Assembly: GCA_963798915.1 (NCBI GenBank)
Contig: CAWCVB010000011.1
Span: 30,373-94,372, forward strand
Length of the DNA: 64,000 nucleotides
From: an uncultured Gemmatimonadales bacterium
GTDB lineage: Bacteria; Gemmatimonadota; Gemmatimonadetes; Gemmatimonadales; GWC2-71-9
Direction of reading: 5' to 3'
Part shown: in pieces, positions 32,106-41,510 of the stretch
How positions within the stretch are numbered: position 1 is the first letter of the stretch
Layout: each line of letters starts with the position of its first letter
The notes under the pieces: model-generated
Told to the model about the DNA's origin: nothing
The model's input: the letters and a program-made list of their open reading frames with translations, nothing else
The model's database searches: none
Made by a program: the position numbers and the translations under genes

Positions 32106-33900
32106 CGCCGCCGCGCTGCTCGGCCTGCTCCTGGTGCTGCCCACGATGGCCGCAGCCCAGGTGTCCAAGCCGCGGCCAGGACGAGCCGATTCGGCCGGAG
32201 TTCAGCCGGACTCGGCGCGCGGCCCACGGGATAGCGCCGAGACCTACGCATCACTGCAGGCGGCCACGCGCGAAAGGGTGCCGGCCCCTCCGCGACTCGG
32301 AGCAGAAGCGGCGGTTCCGGCGTCGGCTCGCATGGTTGTGACGCGGGATTCGATTGACTGGGCAGGCGCACTGACCCTGAGCGACCTGCTCGCGAGGGTG
32401 CCGGGCAGCTACGTGCTGCGAACCGGAGGCGTGGGCCGGCCTGAGCCCCTCAACTTCGCCGGCCGTGGCGCAGCATCGCTCGAGATCGTACTCGATGGAT
32501 TGCCGTATCAGCCCGTCGGGCCCGACAGCATCGCTATTGATCCATCCGACATTCCCCTGGGCCTGATTGACCGGGTCGAGATCGAGCGCTGGCCGTCGAT
32601 GCTTCGTGTGTATCTCTACACCCGAGCCCATGATCGACTTGCGGCGCGCTCCAACATTGTGCTGGCCGCTGGTCCCGACAAGCTGGCGCATTACGAGGCA
32701 TTTCTGGAGCGGCGCTTTCGTGGTGGCTACGGCCTCGGCGCAGGCGGGGACTTTCTCAAGGTACCGCCGCCAAGCTTCGCGACCGGGACGTCGCAGCGTA
32801 CCGGCTACTGGGTCCAGGCGAGCTTTGTGCCGTCGGCCAGTCGCGGGCTGGTGCTGGAATACGTGGCAAACTCGCTGGATCGGGATGAGTTCACCGACGT
32901 GTCCGGTACCGGGCCGCGGCTGGAAGGCCGCCGTGGCGAACTCCGCGCACGCGCGTATCTGGGCGGCCACGCCGACGGCACCGGGCTTCGGCTGGACCTG
33001 CTGGGCGCGCGCTCCTCTTTCGACAGCATGGCGGTAAGCCAGACTGTCTGGAGCGGTGGGGCCGGGCTCACGTATCGCGAGCCGCTGCTGTCAGCCTCCG
33101 TGCTGGCGCTGGCCGCCGATCGCTGGACCAAGCTCAACCTGACGGGCCGAGCTTCCTGGACGCCGGCGCCGGTGCTGCTCCTGATGGCCGAGGGCACCTA
33201 CCGGAAGCACGACGGCGGCCGGCTCACGCGTTGGGTCGGCGCTCGCGCCGGCCTGGAATTGCCCCTGGGACTCGAGCTCTCGGCATCGGCTCGGGCGGGA
33301 CAGCTGGTGCCAGCGCCCTCCCTGGAGCTGAGTCCGGAGCAGGATGTCCGAGAGGCCGAGGGCGCTGTCAGCTGGACAACGCGCCGGCTCGGGCTTGAGG
33401 GCCGGGTGGCGCGTACGGCAGCCTTCGCGCCCAGCGCCTATCAGGAAATACCGGCAATCGCGGCGATCCCGGCTGCCGCCGCAAGCACCTGGCTCTCGGC
33501 CGGAGGGTTCGTGCGTCCGCTCGACTGGATCACCATTCGAGGCTGGTATGCGCAGGCGTCGTCTCCGGCGCCAGCCGGCCTCCCGCCCCGACACTGGTCC
33601 CTGACCGGCACGATACGCAGCCACTTGCTGCACACCTTCCGGAGCGGCGCCTTCGACCTGAAGCTCGAGCTGGGGTACGAAGGCTGGCGGGCAGGCAGCC
33701 TGGGCCAGGACGCGGTCGGGAACCCCGTCTCCCTTGAGGAAGCCCACTACGTCCGGTCTCTGGTGCAAGTGGGTATCGAGTCATTCTCGGTGTTCTGGGA
33801 GAGTCGCAACCTCACCGACGAGACGGCGGGCTATGTGCCCGGATATCGGGTGCCCAGGTTCTCGGGCATGTTTGGGGTGCGCTGGGGCTTCATGAATTAG
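32095..33900 (+). CDS. TonB-dependent receptor-like outer membrane protein with plug domain
   Basis: GTG start overlapping pepA; signal peptide; TLSDLLARVPG, IVLDG, IDRVEIER plug motifs; C-terminal FGVRWGF strand. Confidence 0.75.
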   Translation: MRANAAALLGLLLVLPTMAAAQVSKPRPGRADSAGVQPDSARGPRDSAETYASLQAATRERVPAPPRLGAEAAVPASARMVVTRDSIDWAGALTLSDLLARVPGSYVLRTGGVGRPEPLNFAGRGAASLEIVLDGLPYQPVGPDSIAIDPSDIPLGLIDRVEIERWPSMLRVYLYTRAHDRLAARSNIVLAAGPDKLAHYEAFLERRFRGGYGLGAGGDFLKVPPPSFATGTSQRTGYWVQASFVPSASRGLVLEYVANSLDRDEFTDVSGTGPRLEGRRGELRARAYLGGHADGTGLRLDLLGARSSFDSMAVSQTVWSGGAGLTYREPLLSASVLALAADRWTKLNLTGRASWTPAPVLLLMAEGTYRKHDGGRLTRWVGARAGLELPLGLELSASARAGQLVPAPSLELSPEQDVREAEGAVSWTTRRLGLEGRVARTAAFAPSAYQEIPAIAAIPAAAASTWLSAGGFVRPLDWITIRGWYAQASSPAPAGLPPRHWSLTGTIRSHLLHTFRSGAFDLKLELGYEGWRAGSLGQDAVGNPVSLEEAHYVRSLVQVGIESFSVFWESRNLTDETAGYVPGYRVPRFSGMFGVRWGFMN

Positions 33901-33915
33901 AGGGATCGGCATTGT

Positions 33916-34605
33916 CACGCGGCTGCAAGCCGCTGCTCGGCAAATGTCGCCTGCGGCGACACTGCCTGAGACGGATCTCACAGCAGGTGTCATCCAGAGG
34001 CCGCACCGCGGCCGAAGGATCTACTGGTCCGGGTCCCGACGCCGGTGAGTAGATCCTTCGCTTCGCTCAGGATGACAGATCTCGCGGACCGACGACTGAC
34101 GACCGACGACCGACGACCGACCACTTGCCCGTCCCGCCCACGCGGCTGCAAGCCGCTGCTCGGCAAATGTCGCCTGCGGCGACACTGCCTGAGACGGATC
34201 TCACAGCAGGTGTCATCCAGAGGCCGCACCGCGGCCGAAGGATCTACTGGTCCGGGTCCCGACGCTGGGGAGTAGATCCTTCGCTTCGCTCAGGATGACA
34301 GATCTCGCGGACCGACGACTGACGACCGACGACCGACGACCACTTGTCCGTCCCGCCCGTCCCGCCCACGCGGCTGCAAGCCGCTGCTCGGCAAATGTCG
34401 CCTGCGGCGACACTGCCTGAGACGGATCTCACAGCAGGTGTCATCCAGAGGCCGCACCGCGGCCGAAGGATCTACTGGTCCGGGTCCCGACGCCGGTGAG
34501 TAGATCCTTCGCTTCGCTCAGGATGACAGATCTCGCGGACCGACGACCGACGACCGACGACCGACGACCACTTGCCCGTCCTGCCCGTCCCGCCCGTCCT
34601 GCCCG
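33916..34605. repeat. Three tandem copies of a ~225-bp compound palindromic unit
   Basis: Units start at 33916, 34139 and 34367 and are nearly identical. Confidence 0.95.
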
Positions 34606-34606
34606 A

Positions 34607-35539
34607 TCACACCGCCGGAAGCCGAAGGGCGAATTCACGGAGCCGTCGTCCCGAGGCCTGGCGCCTGAAGGTGGAGGGCGTCGTGGAAAAGGCCCTCCGG
34701 AACGCTGCGGAAAAGTGGCTGTGGCTCGAGAAGCCCAGGTCGAATGCGATGCCGCTGAGCTCCAGGCGCCCCTCAGCGATCAATTCGAGAGATCGGCGCA
34801 GACGTATCTGGTGACGATAGCCGTGGATGGTGGTCCCAAAGTTTCGGCGAAATGCGCGGCACAGGTAGAACGGCGAGCATCCGGCACGTCGAGCCATTTC
34901 GTCGATCGTGAGTGCATCAGCCAGGTGGCGCAGCAGGTAAATCCGCGTCTGTTGCGCCACAGCCCATTTGCGGTCCTGATCACCGTTGACGGATGTTCTG
35001 CCATCGGGCTGCGCCGAGTGGACACGCTGTATCAACCGTAGCAGGATCTGCAGGACCGTCTCGTCGACCGCCAGCACATCGGGCTGCGTCGCTTCCTCCA
35101 CATGCCGCACGACCAGGCGCTGCAGGGCATAGGTCGGTGCGTCGGTGGGGCCATGCGTGTGCGTAAACGGGGCCTCGGGCCGATCGGCGACCGACGGGTC
35201 GCCCAGTGCAATCACTTCCGCGAGCACATCCGGTCGCACCGCAAACCACTCGCAGTTGTCGCCACGCGCATCGAGTGCATGGCGAGTGTAGCGCTGACCA
35301 GCATTGTAGAACGTGGCCGTGTGCGGGTCGGCCGTGAAAGGATCGCGACCGGAATGTTGAATCCCGACGCTGGTCCTGGGGAAGACAAACAGGGCAGCAT
35401 CCGTAGGGCCCGAGTCGCGGAAGCGGGGATGCTCCACCGGCGCCCGGAAGGCGCCGATCGTCACCAGCTCGCTGGTGTAGAGTCTCCGGTTGAAATCCGG
35501 GACCGTATCGCCTGTCGAGAGCGTCGTTTGGCTGTTCAT
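34607..35539 (-). CDS. AraC family transcriptional regulator
   Basis: LTIDEMARRAGCSPFYLCRAFR, IAFDLGFSSHSHFSAAFRR double HTH. Confidence 0.92.
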   Translation of the reverse strand: MNSQTTLSTGDTVPDFNRRLYTSELVTIGAFRAPVEHPRFRDSGPTDAALFVFPRTSVGIQHSGRDPFTADPHTATFYNAGQRYTRHALDARGDNCEWFAVRPDVLAEVIALGDPSVADRPEAPFTHTHGPTDAPTYALQRLVVRHVEEATQPDVLAVDETVLQILLRLIQRVHSAQPDGRTSVNGDQDRKWAVAQQTRIYLLRHLADALTIDEMARRAGCSPFYLCRAFRRNFGTTIHGYRHQIRLRRSLELIAEGRLELSGIAFDLGFSSHSHFSAAFRRAFSTTPSTFRRQASGRRLREFALRLPAV

Positions 35540-35651
35540 AAGGGTCCTGAGCAAGATCGTGACAGCGGCGTCCGGCGCGCCGGCCTAGTGTGGAGACGGC
35601 AAGCTGCGGGACCATCCGCACATGCGTCACATCCACGCTCAAGGAGACGAT

Positions 35652-36245
35652 ATGCTGTACACGCAAGCTTCAGGCGTTGCGCTGGTTCTGCTGGTGGCTG
35701 CCTGTGCCACGGCCGACAACGGCCCTTTGGGCCCGGACCAAATGGCCTCACCTGCCGTCGCGCTGTCCGTGGGAAGTGGCGGCATCGCCGGCTCTGTTAC
35801 CGGAAGCGCCCATCTCACGGTCTTTCCGCCGCCGACTCCTCCGGGGCTGGCTCTCCGGAATTTTACGTTCTCGGCCGTGAGAAACACCGACGGGTCAGCC
35901 AGCGGGGAATGGCAGCTGGTGGCCGGCGCCACGATCATACACGGATCGATTGACTGCCTGACGATTGCCTCGGATGGCCAGAGCGCCCGCATGTCCGGCC
36001 TGGTCGAAAGGGTGAAGCCGGCCGGCTCGTCATTCCACGAGAACACGGCCTTCGCAATCGAAGTCTGGGACAATGGCCCGGGCGAGAGTGGTGATCTGGA
36101 CGTCACCACCCAGCTGTCGGCCTTCCGCAACGAAGCGCCGGAGGTGGGACGGGCCTTCTGCGAGACGGGTGCAACGCCTCTCGGGGCAGATCTGAACCCG
36201 CTGCCCATCGAGCACGGCAACCTCACGGTCCGGCTCCTGCCCTGA
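35652..36245 (+). CDS. Hypothetical lipoprotein
   Basis: RBS AAGGAG; LVAAC lipobox; divergent from AraC. Confidence 0.75.
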   Translation: MLYTQASGVALVLLVAACATADNGPLGPDQMASPAVALSVGSGGIAGSVTGSAHLTVFPPPTPPGLALRNFTFSAVRNTDGSASGEWQLVAGATIIHGSIDCLTIASDGQSARMSGLVERVKPAGSSFHENTAFAIEVWDNGPGESGDLDVTTQLSAFRNEAPEVGRAFCETGATPLGADLNPLPIEHGNLTVRLLP

Positions 36246-36263
36246 CCCAATCAGACCCTTCGA

Positions 36264-36297
36264 AACGGGGCCCTGGTCATTCGACCAGGGCCCCGTT
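36264..36297. terminator. Perfect 15-bp hairpin, probable terminator
   Basis: AACGGGGCCCTGGTC-ATTC-GACCAGGGCCCCGTT. Confidence 0.7.
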
Positions 36298-36418
36298 CGG
36301 GTGCCTGCCAGGATGACCTCCAGGCCCTGTTCTCCGGTCGGGGGGCCAGTTCTTCGCCTAGCCCGACGGCCGCCGCCCGGCTAGATTTGGCAGCTATTCC
36401 CGAAACGGGGGGAGCGGG

Positions 36419-37294
36419 TTGGCGTACAGCATGACCGGGTTCGGCGCGGCCGAAGGCGAGACAGCCCACGGTCTGCTCCGCGTGGAGTTGCGCACCGTCA
36501 ACCACCGGTTCCTCAATGTGGCCCTCAAGGTGCCAGCGGAACTCCTGCCGCTCGAGGCCACCATGCGGGAGTTGCTGCGGCAGCATTTCGACCGCGGCCA
36601 CGTGGCGGTGCAGGCGCGCTGGCTCGGGGGCGACGACGCCGCGACCTCCCTTCGGGTTGATCTGGTGCAGGCCCAGCGGGTGGCTGCCTGCCTCCGCGAG
36701 CTGCAGGGTGCGCTGGAGCTTGGCGGCGAACTCGATCTCGCCCTCATCGCCCGTCAACCCGATGTGCTGGTGCGCAGCACCTCCGCCTCTGCGGCGCCGG
36801 AATGGCACGAGGTCGAACCGATCGTCCTCGCGGCCATCGAAGCGTGCAAGGCCATGCGCCTGCGTGAGGGCGCAGCGCTCGCCGCCGATCTCAGGCAACG
36901 GTTGGAGAATCTGGCCGCCGCGGCGGAGCGAGTGGCAGCCCTGGCTCCTGGGCGCCTGGTGCGCGAACGGGATCGCCTGCGGGCCTCCGTGCGGCAGCTG
37001 CTGGATGGGCATGCCATGGACGACGCCCGCGTGGCGCAGGAGCTGGCCATGGCCGCGGACCGGTTGGACGTCACCGAGGAACTGGTGCGGCTCCGCACCC
37101 ACATCGCGGCCTGCCGTGCGACCCTCGACGGCGAAAGCGCGGTGGGCAAGCAGCTCGGGTTCCTCGCCCAGGAGCTGGGCCGGGAGGTCAACACCATCGG
37201 CTCCAAGGCCAACGACGCCGAGATGGCTCAGCTGGTGGTTGCCATGAAGGGCGAGCTGGAAAAGGTGCGCGAACAGCTCGAGAACCTCGAGTGA
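36419..37294 (+). CDS. yicC: YicC/YloC family endoribonuclease
   Basis: SMTGFG, RTVNHRFL, DVTEELVRL, QELGREVNTIGSK, REQLENLE. Confidence 0.93.
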   Translation: MAYSMTGFGAAEGETAHGLLRVELRTVNHRFLNVALKVPAELLPLEATMRELLRQHFDRGHVAVQARWLGGDDAATSLRVDLVQAQRVAACLRELQGALELGGELDLALIARQPDVLVRSTSASAAPEWHEVEPIVLAAIEACKAMRLREGAALAADLRQRLENLAAAAERVAALAPGRLVRERDRLRASVRQLLDGHAMDDARVAQELAMAADRLDVTEELVRLRTHIAACRATLDGESAVGKQLGFLAQELGREVNTIGSKANDAEMAQLVVAMKGELEKVREQLENLE

Positions 37295-37929
37295 AGCCGT
37301 TCCTGCTGGTCCTGTCCTCGCCTTCTGGTGGCGGCAAGACCACCATCGCTCGGGCGCTTGTGTCGAGTCGTGCCGATGTGGGCTACTCGGTTTCCGCCAC
37401 GACGCGCGCCATCCGGCCCGGTGAAACCGACGGCCAGGACTATCACTTTCTCTCGCGGGAAGACTTCCAGTCGCGGATCGAGGGCGGCGCATTCGTCGAG
37501 TGGGCCGAGTACGGTGATCATCTCTACGGGACGCTCTGGAGCGAAATTGAGGGCGTCTTCGATGCCGGCCGCATCGCGGTACTTGATATCGATGTGCAGG
37601 GCGCCCAGCAGATACGGGCGGCGATGCCCGACGCGGTGCTGGTCTTTGTCCTGCCGCCCTCAGCAGCGGTGCTGGCGCAGCGGCTGCTTGGTCGCAACAC
37701 CGAGCCGGAGCATCGCATCCGCCAGCGGCTCGATGCCGCCGCGGTCGAGGTTATCGCCGCACCGGGATACGACTATGTGGTCGAGAATGACGAATTGCCG
37801 GATGCCGTCGCCCTGATCGGTTGCATCATCGAGGCGGAATGCCATCGCGCCAGCCGTCAGGGAAACCTGACAGTCGAGATGGAGCGGTTCCGTGCCGAGG
37901 TCCTGAGCGAGGCACAGCGGATCGGCTAG
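37291..37929 (+). CDS. gmk: Guanylate kinase
   Basis: SSPSGGGKTT, SVSATTR..RPGE..G.DYHF, YGT, DIDVQGA. Confidence 0.96.
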   Translation: MKPFLLVLSSPSGGGKTTIARALVSSRADVGYSVSATTRAIRPGETDGQDYHFLSREDFQSRIEGGAFVEWAEYGDHLYGTLWSEIEGVFDAGRIAVLDIDVQGAQQIRAAMPDAVLVFVLPPSAAVLAQRLLGRNTEPEHRIRQRLDAAAVEVIAAPGYDYVVENDELPDAVALIGCIIEAECHRASRQGNLTVEMERFRAEVLSEAQRIG

Positions 37930-37940
37930 GAAGAGCCTAC

Positions 37941-37972
37941 AGTCTACGGTCGACGGTCGACGGTCGACCGAC
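37941..37972. repeat. Heptamer repeat run (GGTCGAC)3
   Basis: AGTCTACGGTCGACGGTCGACGGTCGACCGAC. Confidence 0.8.
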
Positions 37973-37992
37973 AGCTTACCCAAGGAGCAGGC

Positions 37993-38208
37993 ATGCGTAT
38001 CGTGACACCGAAGGAAGTGGCAAGCCAGGCGGGCAATAAATATCTCGGCGTGCTGGTCGCCGCCAAGTTCGCCCGGTACCTGAACGAGTTTCCGCAGGGC
38101 AGTGAAGCCGTGAGCGGCGAAGAAAAGCTGACCACGCTGTCGCTGGAGGCGCTGGCCGACGGTGACCTCAACTACAAGCTGGTCCGGCGTCGTCGCTCCG
38201 AGGCGTGA
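37993..38208 (+). CDS. rpoZ: RNA polymerase omega subunit
   Basis: NKY..VLVAAK.AR.L motif; between gmk and coaBC. Confidence 0.88.
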   Translation: MRIVTPKEVASQAGNKYLGVLVAAKFARYLNEFPQGSEAVSGEEKLTTLSLEALADGDLNYKLVRRRRSEA

Positions 38209-39410
38209 CCTCGGTGTGGACCGGCCGGCATGTCGTGCTCGGCGTGTCGGGTGGGATCGCCTCCTACAAGAGCTGCATCCTTGCCCGCCGGCTGACTGAG
38301 GCCGGCGCGCGGGTCGACGTGGTCATGACCCGCGCAGCCGCGGAATTCGTGCGGCCGCTCACCTTCGAGGCGCTGACAGGGCGCCCCGTCCAGAACTCCC
38401 TCTGGGAGCTGGGCGGGGCGCTTTCGCATGTCCGGCTGGGACAGGATGCGGCGCTGATCATCGTCGCCCCGGCCACGGCCCAGCTCATCGCGCGTTACGC
38501 GCAGGGCCTGGCTGACGACTTTCTGACCACGCTGCTGCTGGCTGCGACGGCGCCGGTGCTGCTCGCACCGGCCATGAATGATGCAATGTTTGCCGCCGCC
38601 GCGACCCAGGCCAATCTGGCCGCCCTGCGAGAGCGGGCCGTCGTGACCGTGGGACCTGCGACCGGCCCGCTGGCCGAAGGCCCAAGCGACCAGCCGGGCC
38701 GCATGAGCGAGCCGGACGAGATCATGACCTGTGCCGAGCGGGTGCTGCGCCGTCAGGGCAGCCGCCTGGACGGCAAGCGTGTTATCGTGAGTGCAGGGCC
38801 GACGCGCGAGTCGCTCGATCCGGTCCGGGTCATCACCAACCGGAGCAGTGGCCGGATGGGCTACGCGCTGGCAGCGGCGGCCTGGGCCCGAGGTGCGGAG
38901 GTCGTACTGATTGCAGGACCTTCGAGCCTGCCGGTCCCATCGGGCGTCAAGCTCGTGCGGGTGGAGTCCACGTCAGACCTGGCCCGGGCGGTCGGAGAGC
39001 AGCTGCCGGAGGCGGACGTGCTGGTGATGGCGGCGGCGCCGTCCGACTTCCGGCCCGCGACGCAGTCCTCGCACAAGCTGGCCCGGCATGACGGGCCGTT
39101 CGACCTGCGGCTGGAGCCGACGGAGGACGTCCTGATGGCCACCGCTGGCCGCCGGAAACCGGGGGCGCTGGTGGTGGGCTTCGCGCTGGAAACGGGCGAT
39201 GGGCTGGAGCGGGCGCGCGAGAAGCGGGACCGGAAGAACCTGGACCTGATCGTTCTGAACGACGCCACCGAGCCGGGCGCGGGGTTCGAGGTGGAAACCA
39301 ATCGCGTGACCGTGCTCGCCGCCGACGGATCCGTGACCGAGGTACCGCTCGCAAGCAAGCGTGATGTGGCAGACGCGATTCTCGATGCCGTGGAGGCGCG
39401 GCTTGGCTGA
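38205..39410 (+). CDS. coaBC: Phosphopantothenoylcysteine decarboxylase/synthetase CoaBC
   Basis: GVSGGIASYK, APAT, PAMN, SAGPTRE.LDPVR.ITNRSSGRMG, GFALET. Confidence 0.95.
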   Translation: MTSVWTGRHVVLGVSGGIASYKSCILARRLTEAGARVDVVMTRAAAEFVRPLTFEALTGRPVQNSLWELGGALSHVRLGQDAALIIVAPATAQLIARYAQGLADDFLTTLLLAATAPVLLAPAMNDAMFAAAATQANLAALRERAVVTVGPATGPLAEGPSDQPGRMSEPDEIMTCAERVLRRQGSRLDGKRVIVSAGPTRESLDPVRVITNRSSGRMGYALAAAAWARGAEVVLIAGPSSLPVPSGVKLVRVESTSDLARAVGEQLPEADVLVMAAAPSDFRPATQSSHKLARHDGPFDLRLEPTEDVLMATAGRRKPGALVVGFALETGDGLERAREKRDRKNLDLIVLNDATEPGAGFEVETNRVTVLAADGSVTEVPLASKRDVADAILDAVEARLG

Positions 39411-40170
39411 CGCACGCCTGCGGTACCTGCGCCAGCAGATTGAGTTGGGAGGTTCGGAAGCGGTGACATCACGCACAAGCTTCCCGGGCATCGGGAGCGA
39501 GCGGGCTCCGGCCAAGAAACAGGCCTCTCCCGTGTGGCAGGCAGATGCCCCCGACATCCCGGGCGACGGCCTGACCGTGGAGCCGCCAGCGGCGTTGCTC
39601 GATACCGCTGGCCTGCACCTGCTCACGAGCCTGGATGCAATCGCCGAGCGGATCCGGAGTACATTCTGTTGTGAGCTTTGCCCGCGCCGGACGAATGCCG
39701 TTCCTGGGGAGGGCAACCCGCGGGCGCAGCTGGTGCTGGTGGGGGAAGGGCCGGGCGCCACCGAGGACGAGACCGGTCGGCCGTTTGTCGGCGCCGCCGG
39801 CCAGCTGCTGGACAGAATCCTCGGCGCCATCGGCCTGGAGCGGAAGGACGTCTTCATCACCAACGTGGTCAAGTGCCGGCCGCCGCAGAATCGCAAGCCG
39901 TTGCCGGATGAAGTCGCCTCATGTATCCCGTATCTCCACCGCCAGCTTGCGCTGATCAAGCCGAAGGTGATCTTGTTGCTTGGCGGCACCGCGGCCGAGG
40001 CGGTGCTGGACCGTAAGCAGTCGTTGGGTCAGTTCCGCGGCAAGGTACACCACTACGGGGATATCCCGGTCGTGGCGACCTACCACCCCGCGGCACTGCT
40101 CCGCAACCCGAACTGGAAGAAGCCGGCCTGGGATGACGTCCGTATCGCCCGACAATTACTCGACCAGTGA
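39403..40170 (+). CDS. Uracil-DNA glycosylase, family 4 (Fe-S)
   Basis: GEGPG..ED..GRPFVG.AG.LL, NVVKCRPP.NR, TYHPAALLR. Confidence 0.93.
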   Translation: MADARLRYLRQQIELGGSEAVTSRTSFPGIGSERAPAKKQASPVWQADAPDIPGDGLTVEPPAALLDTAGLHLLTSLDAIAERIRSTFCCELCPRRTNAVPGEGNPRAQLVLVGEGPGATEDETGRPFVGAAGQLLDRILGAIGLERKDVFITNVVKCRPPQNRKPLPDEVASCIPYLHRQLALIKPKVILLLGGTAAEAVLDRKQSLGQFRGKVHHYGDIPVVATYHPAALLRNPNWKKPAWDDVRIARQLLDQ

Positions 40171-41509
40171 ATCGTATGTAGGCCGCAGTGCGCCATGGAG
40201 CAATGAGGCCGAGCAGGCGGTGCTCGGCGCCATGCTGCTGGACCAGGATGCTGCCCTCCGCGCCACCGAGACGCTGACGGACACGATGTTCTATCGCGAG
40301 CCGCACCGGCGCCTCTTCCGGGCCATGGTCGGCCTCACCGAGCGTCGCGTGGTCATTGACCATGTCACCCTGCGCGACGAGCTCATGCGCCGGGGCGAGC
40401 TGGACGCCGCCGGCGGCCTGGAATATCTCGCCGAGCTGGTGGATGCCGTTCCCACGGCGGCGAACCTCGAGTTTCACGCCCGTATCGTCAAGGACAAGGC
40501 CATTCTCCGGCGGCTGATCGAGAGCGCCACGGCGATCGTCACCGACGCCTATGACGCCAAGGCGGTTGCCAGCGACCTGCTTGATTCCGCCGAGTCCCGC
40601 ATCTTCCAGATTTCGCAGCAGCGCGGCGCCGAGGGCTTCACCCGCATCAAGGAGATGCTCTGGCCCACGATGGAGCGCATAGAAACGCTCCAGAAGAGTG
40701 GCAAAGCGATTACCGGGGTGCCCAGCGGGTTTGTAGACTTGGACTCGCTCACCAGCGGCTTCCAGCCATCGGAACTGGTCATCGTCGCCGCCCGGCCCTC
40801 CATGGGCAAGACGGCGTTCGTGCTCAATGCGGCGGCCAATGCGGCGCTGGAGGGGCACGGCATCGCGCTCTTTTCGCTGGAAATGTCCAAGGAGGCCCTG
40901 GTGCACCGGCTGCTCACCTCCATGGCACGGGTGGACAGCCAGCGGGTGCGGCACGGGACGCTGCGCGACTTCGACTTCACCCAGCTTGCCCGGGCCGCGG
41001 GCCTGCTGCAGAGCTGCCCCATCTGGATCGACGACCAGCCCGCGCTCACGCTGCTGCAGATGCGGTCCAAGGCCCGCCGGCTCAAGTCGGAATACAACAT
41101 CGGGATCGTCATTGTGGATTACCTGCAGCTGATGCGCAGTCCCGACTACTCCGAGAACCGGGTGCAGGAAATTTCCGACATCTCCCGGTCGCTCAAGGCG
41201 CTGGCGCGCGAACTCGAGGTGCCGGTGGTGGCCCTGTCGCAGCTGTCGCGCGCCTCGGAGCAGCGGGGCGGCGAGCGCAAGCCGATCCTCTCCGACCTGC
41301 GCGACTCGGGCGCCATCGAGCAGGACGCGGACCTCGTCATCTTCATCCATCGGCCCGAATACTACGACCGTGAGGACGAGAGCAAGCGCGGCGTCGCGGA
41401 GATAATGCTGTCAAAGAACCGCAATGGCCCGACCGGCGATATCACCCTTCGCTTCAGCCGGGAATACACCCGCTTTGACAACCTGAGCGCTCGCGAGGAT
41501 CCGGAGTAG
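40133..41509 (+). CDS. dnaB: Replicative DNA helicase DnaB
   Basis: EAEQAVLGAML, ARPSMGKT, FSLEM, VDYLQLM, LSQLSR, DLRDSGAIEQDAD; no intein seen. Confidence 0.97.
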   Translation: MTSVSPDNYSTSESYVGRSAPWSNEAEQAVLGAMLLDQDAALRATETLTDTMFYREPHRRLFRAMVGLTERRVVIDHVTLRDELMRRGELDAAGGLEYLAELVDAVPTAANLEFHARIVKDKAILRRLIESATAIVTDAYDAKAVASDLLDSAESRIFQISQQRGAEGFTRIKEMLWPTMERIETLQKSGKAITGVPSGFVDLDSLTSGFQPSELVIVAARPSMGKTAFVLNAAANAALEGHGIALFSLEMSKEALVHRLLTSMARVDSQRVRHGTLRDFDFTQLARAAGLLQSCPIWIDDQPALTLLQMRSKARRLKSEYNIGIVIVDYLQLMRSPDYSENRVQEISDISRSLKALARELEVPVVALSQLSRASEQRGGERKPILSDLRDSGAIEQDADLVIFIHRPEYYDREDESKRGVAEIMLSKNRNGPTGDITLRFSREYTRFDNLSAREDPE

Positions 41510-41510
41510 C

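Noticed and set aside
33916..34605. CRISPR array
   Set aside because: Units are ~225 bp and nearly identical throughout, with no unique spacers and no cas genes.
33781..35041. Short ORFs over the repeat array (VILSEAKDL, RRSSVV peptides)
   Set aside because: These are translations of palindromic and heptamer repeats, with no RBS or protein-like features.
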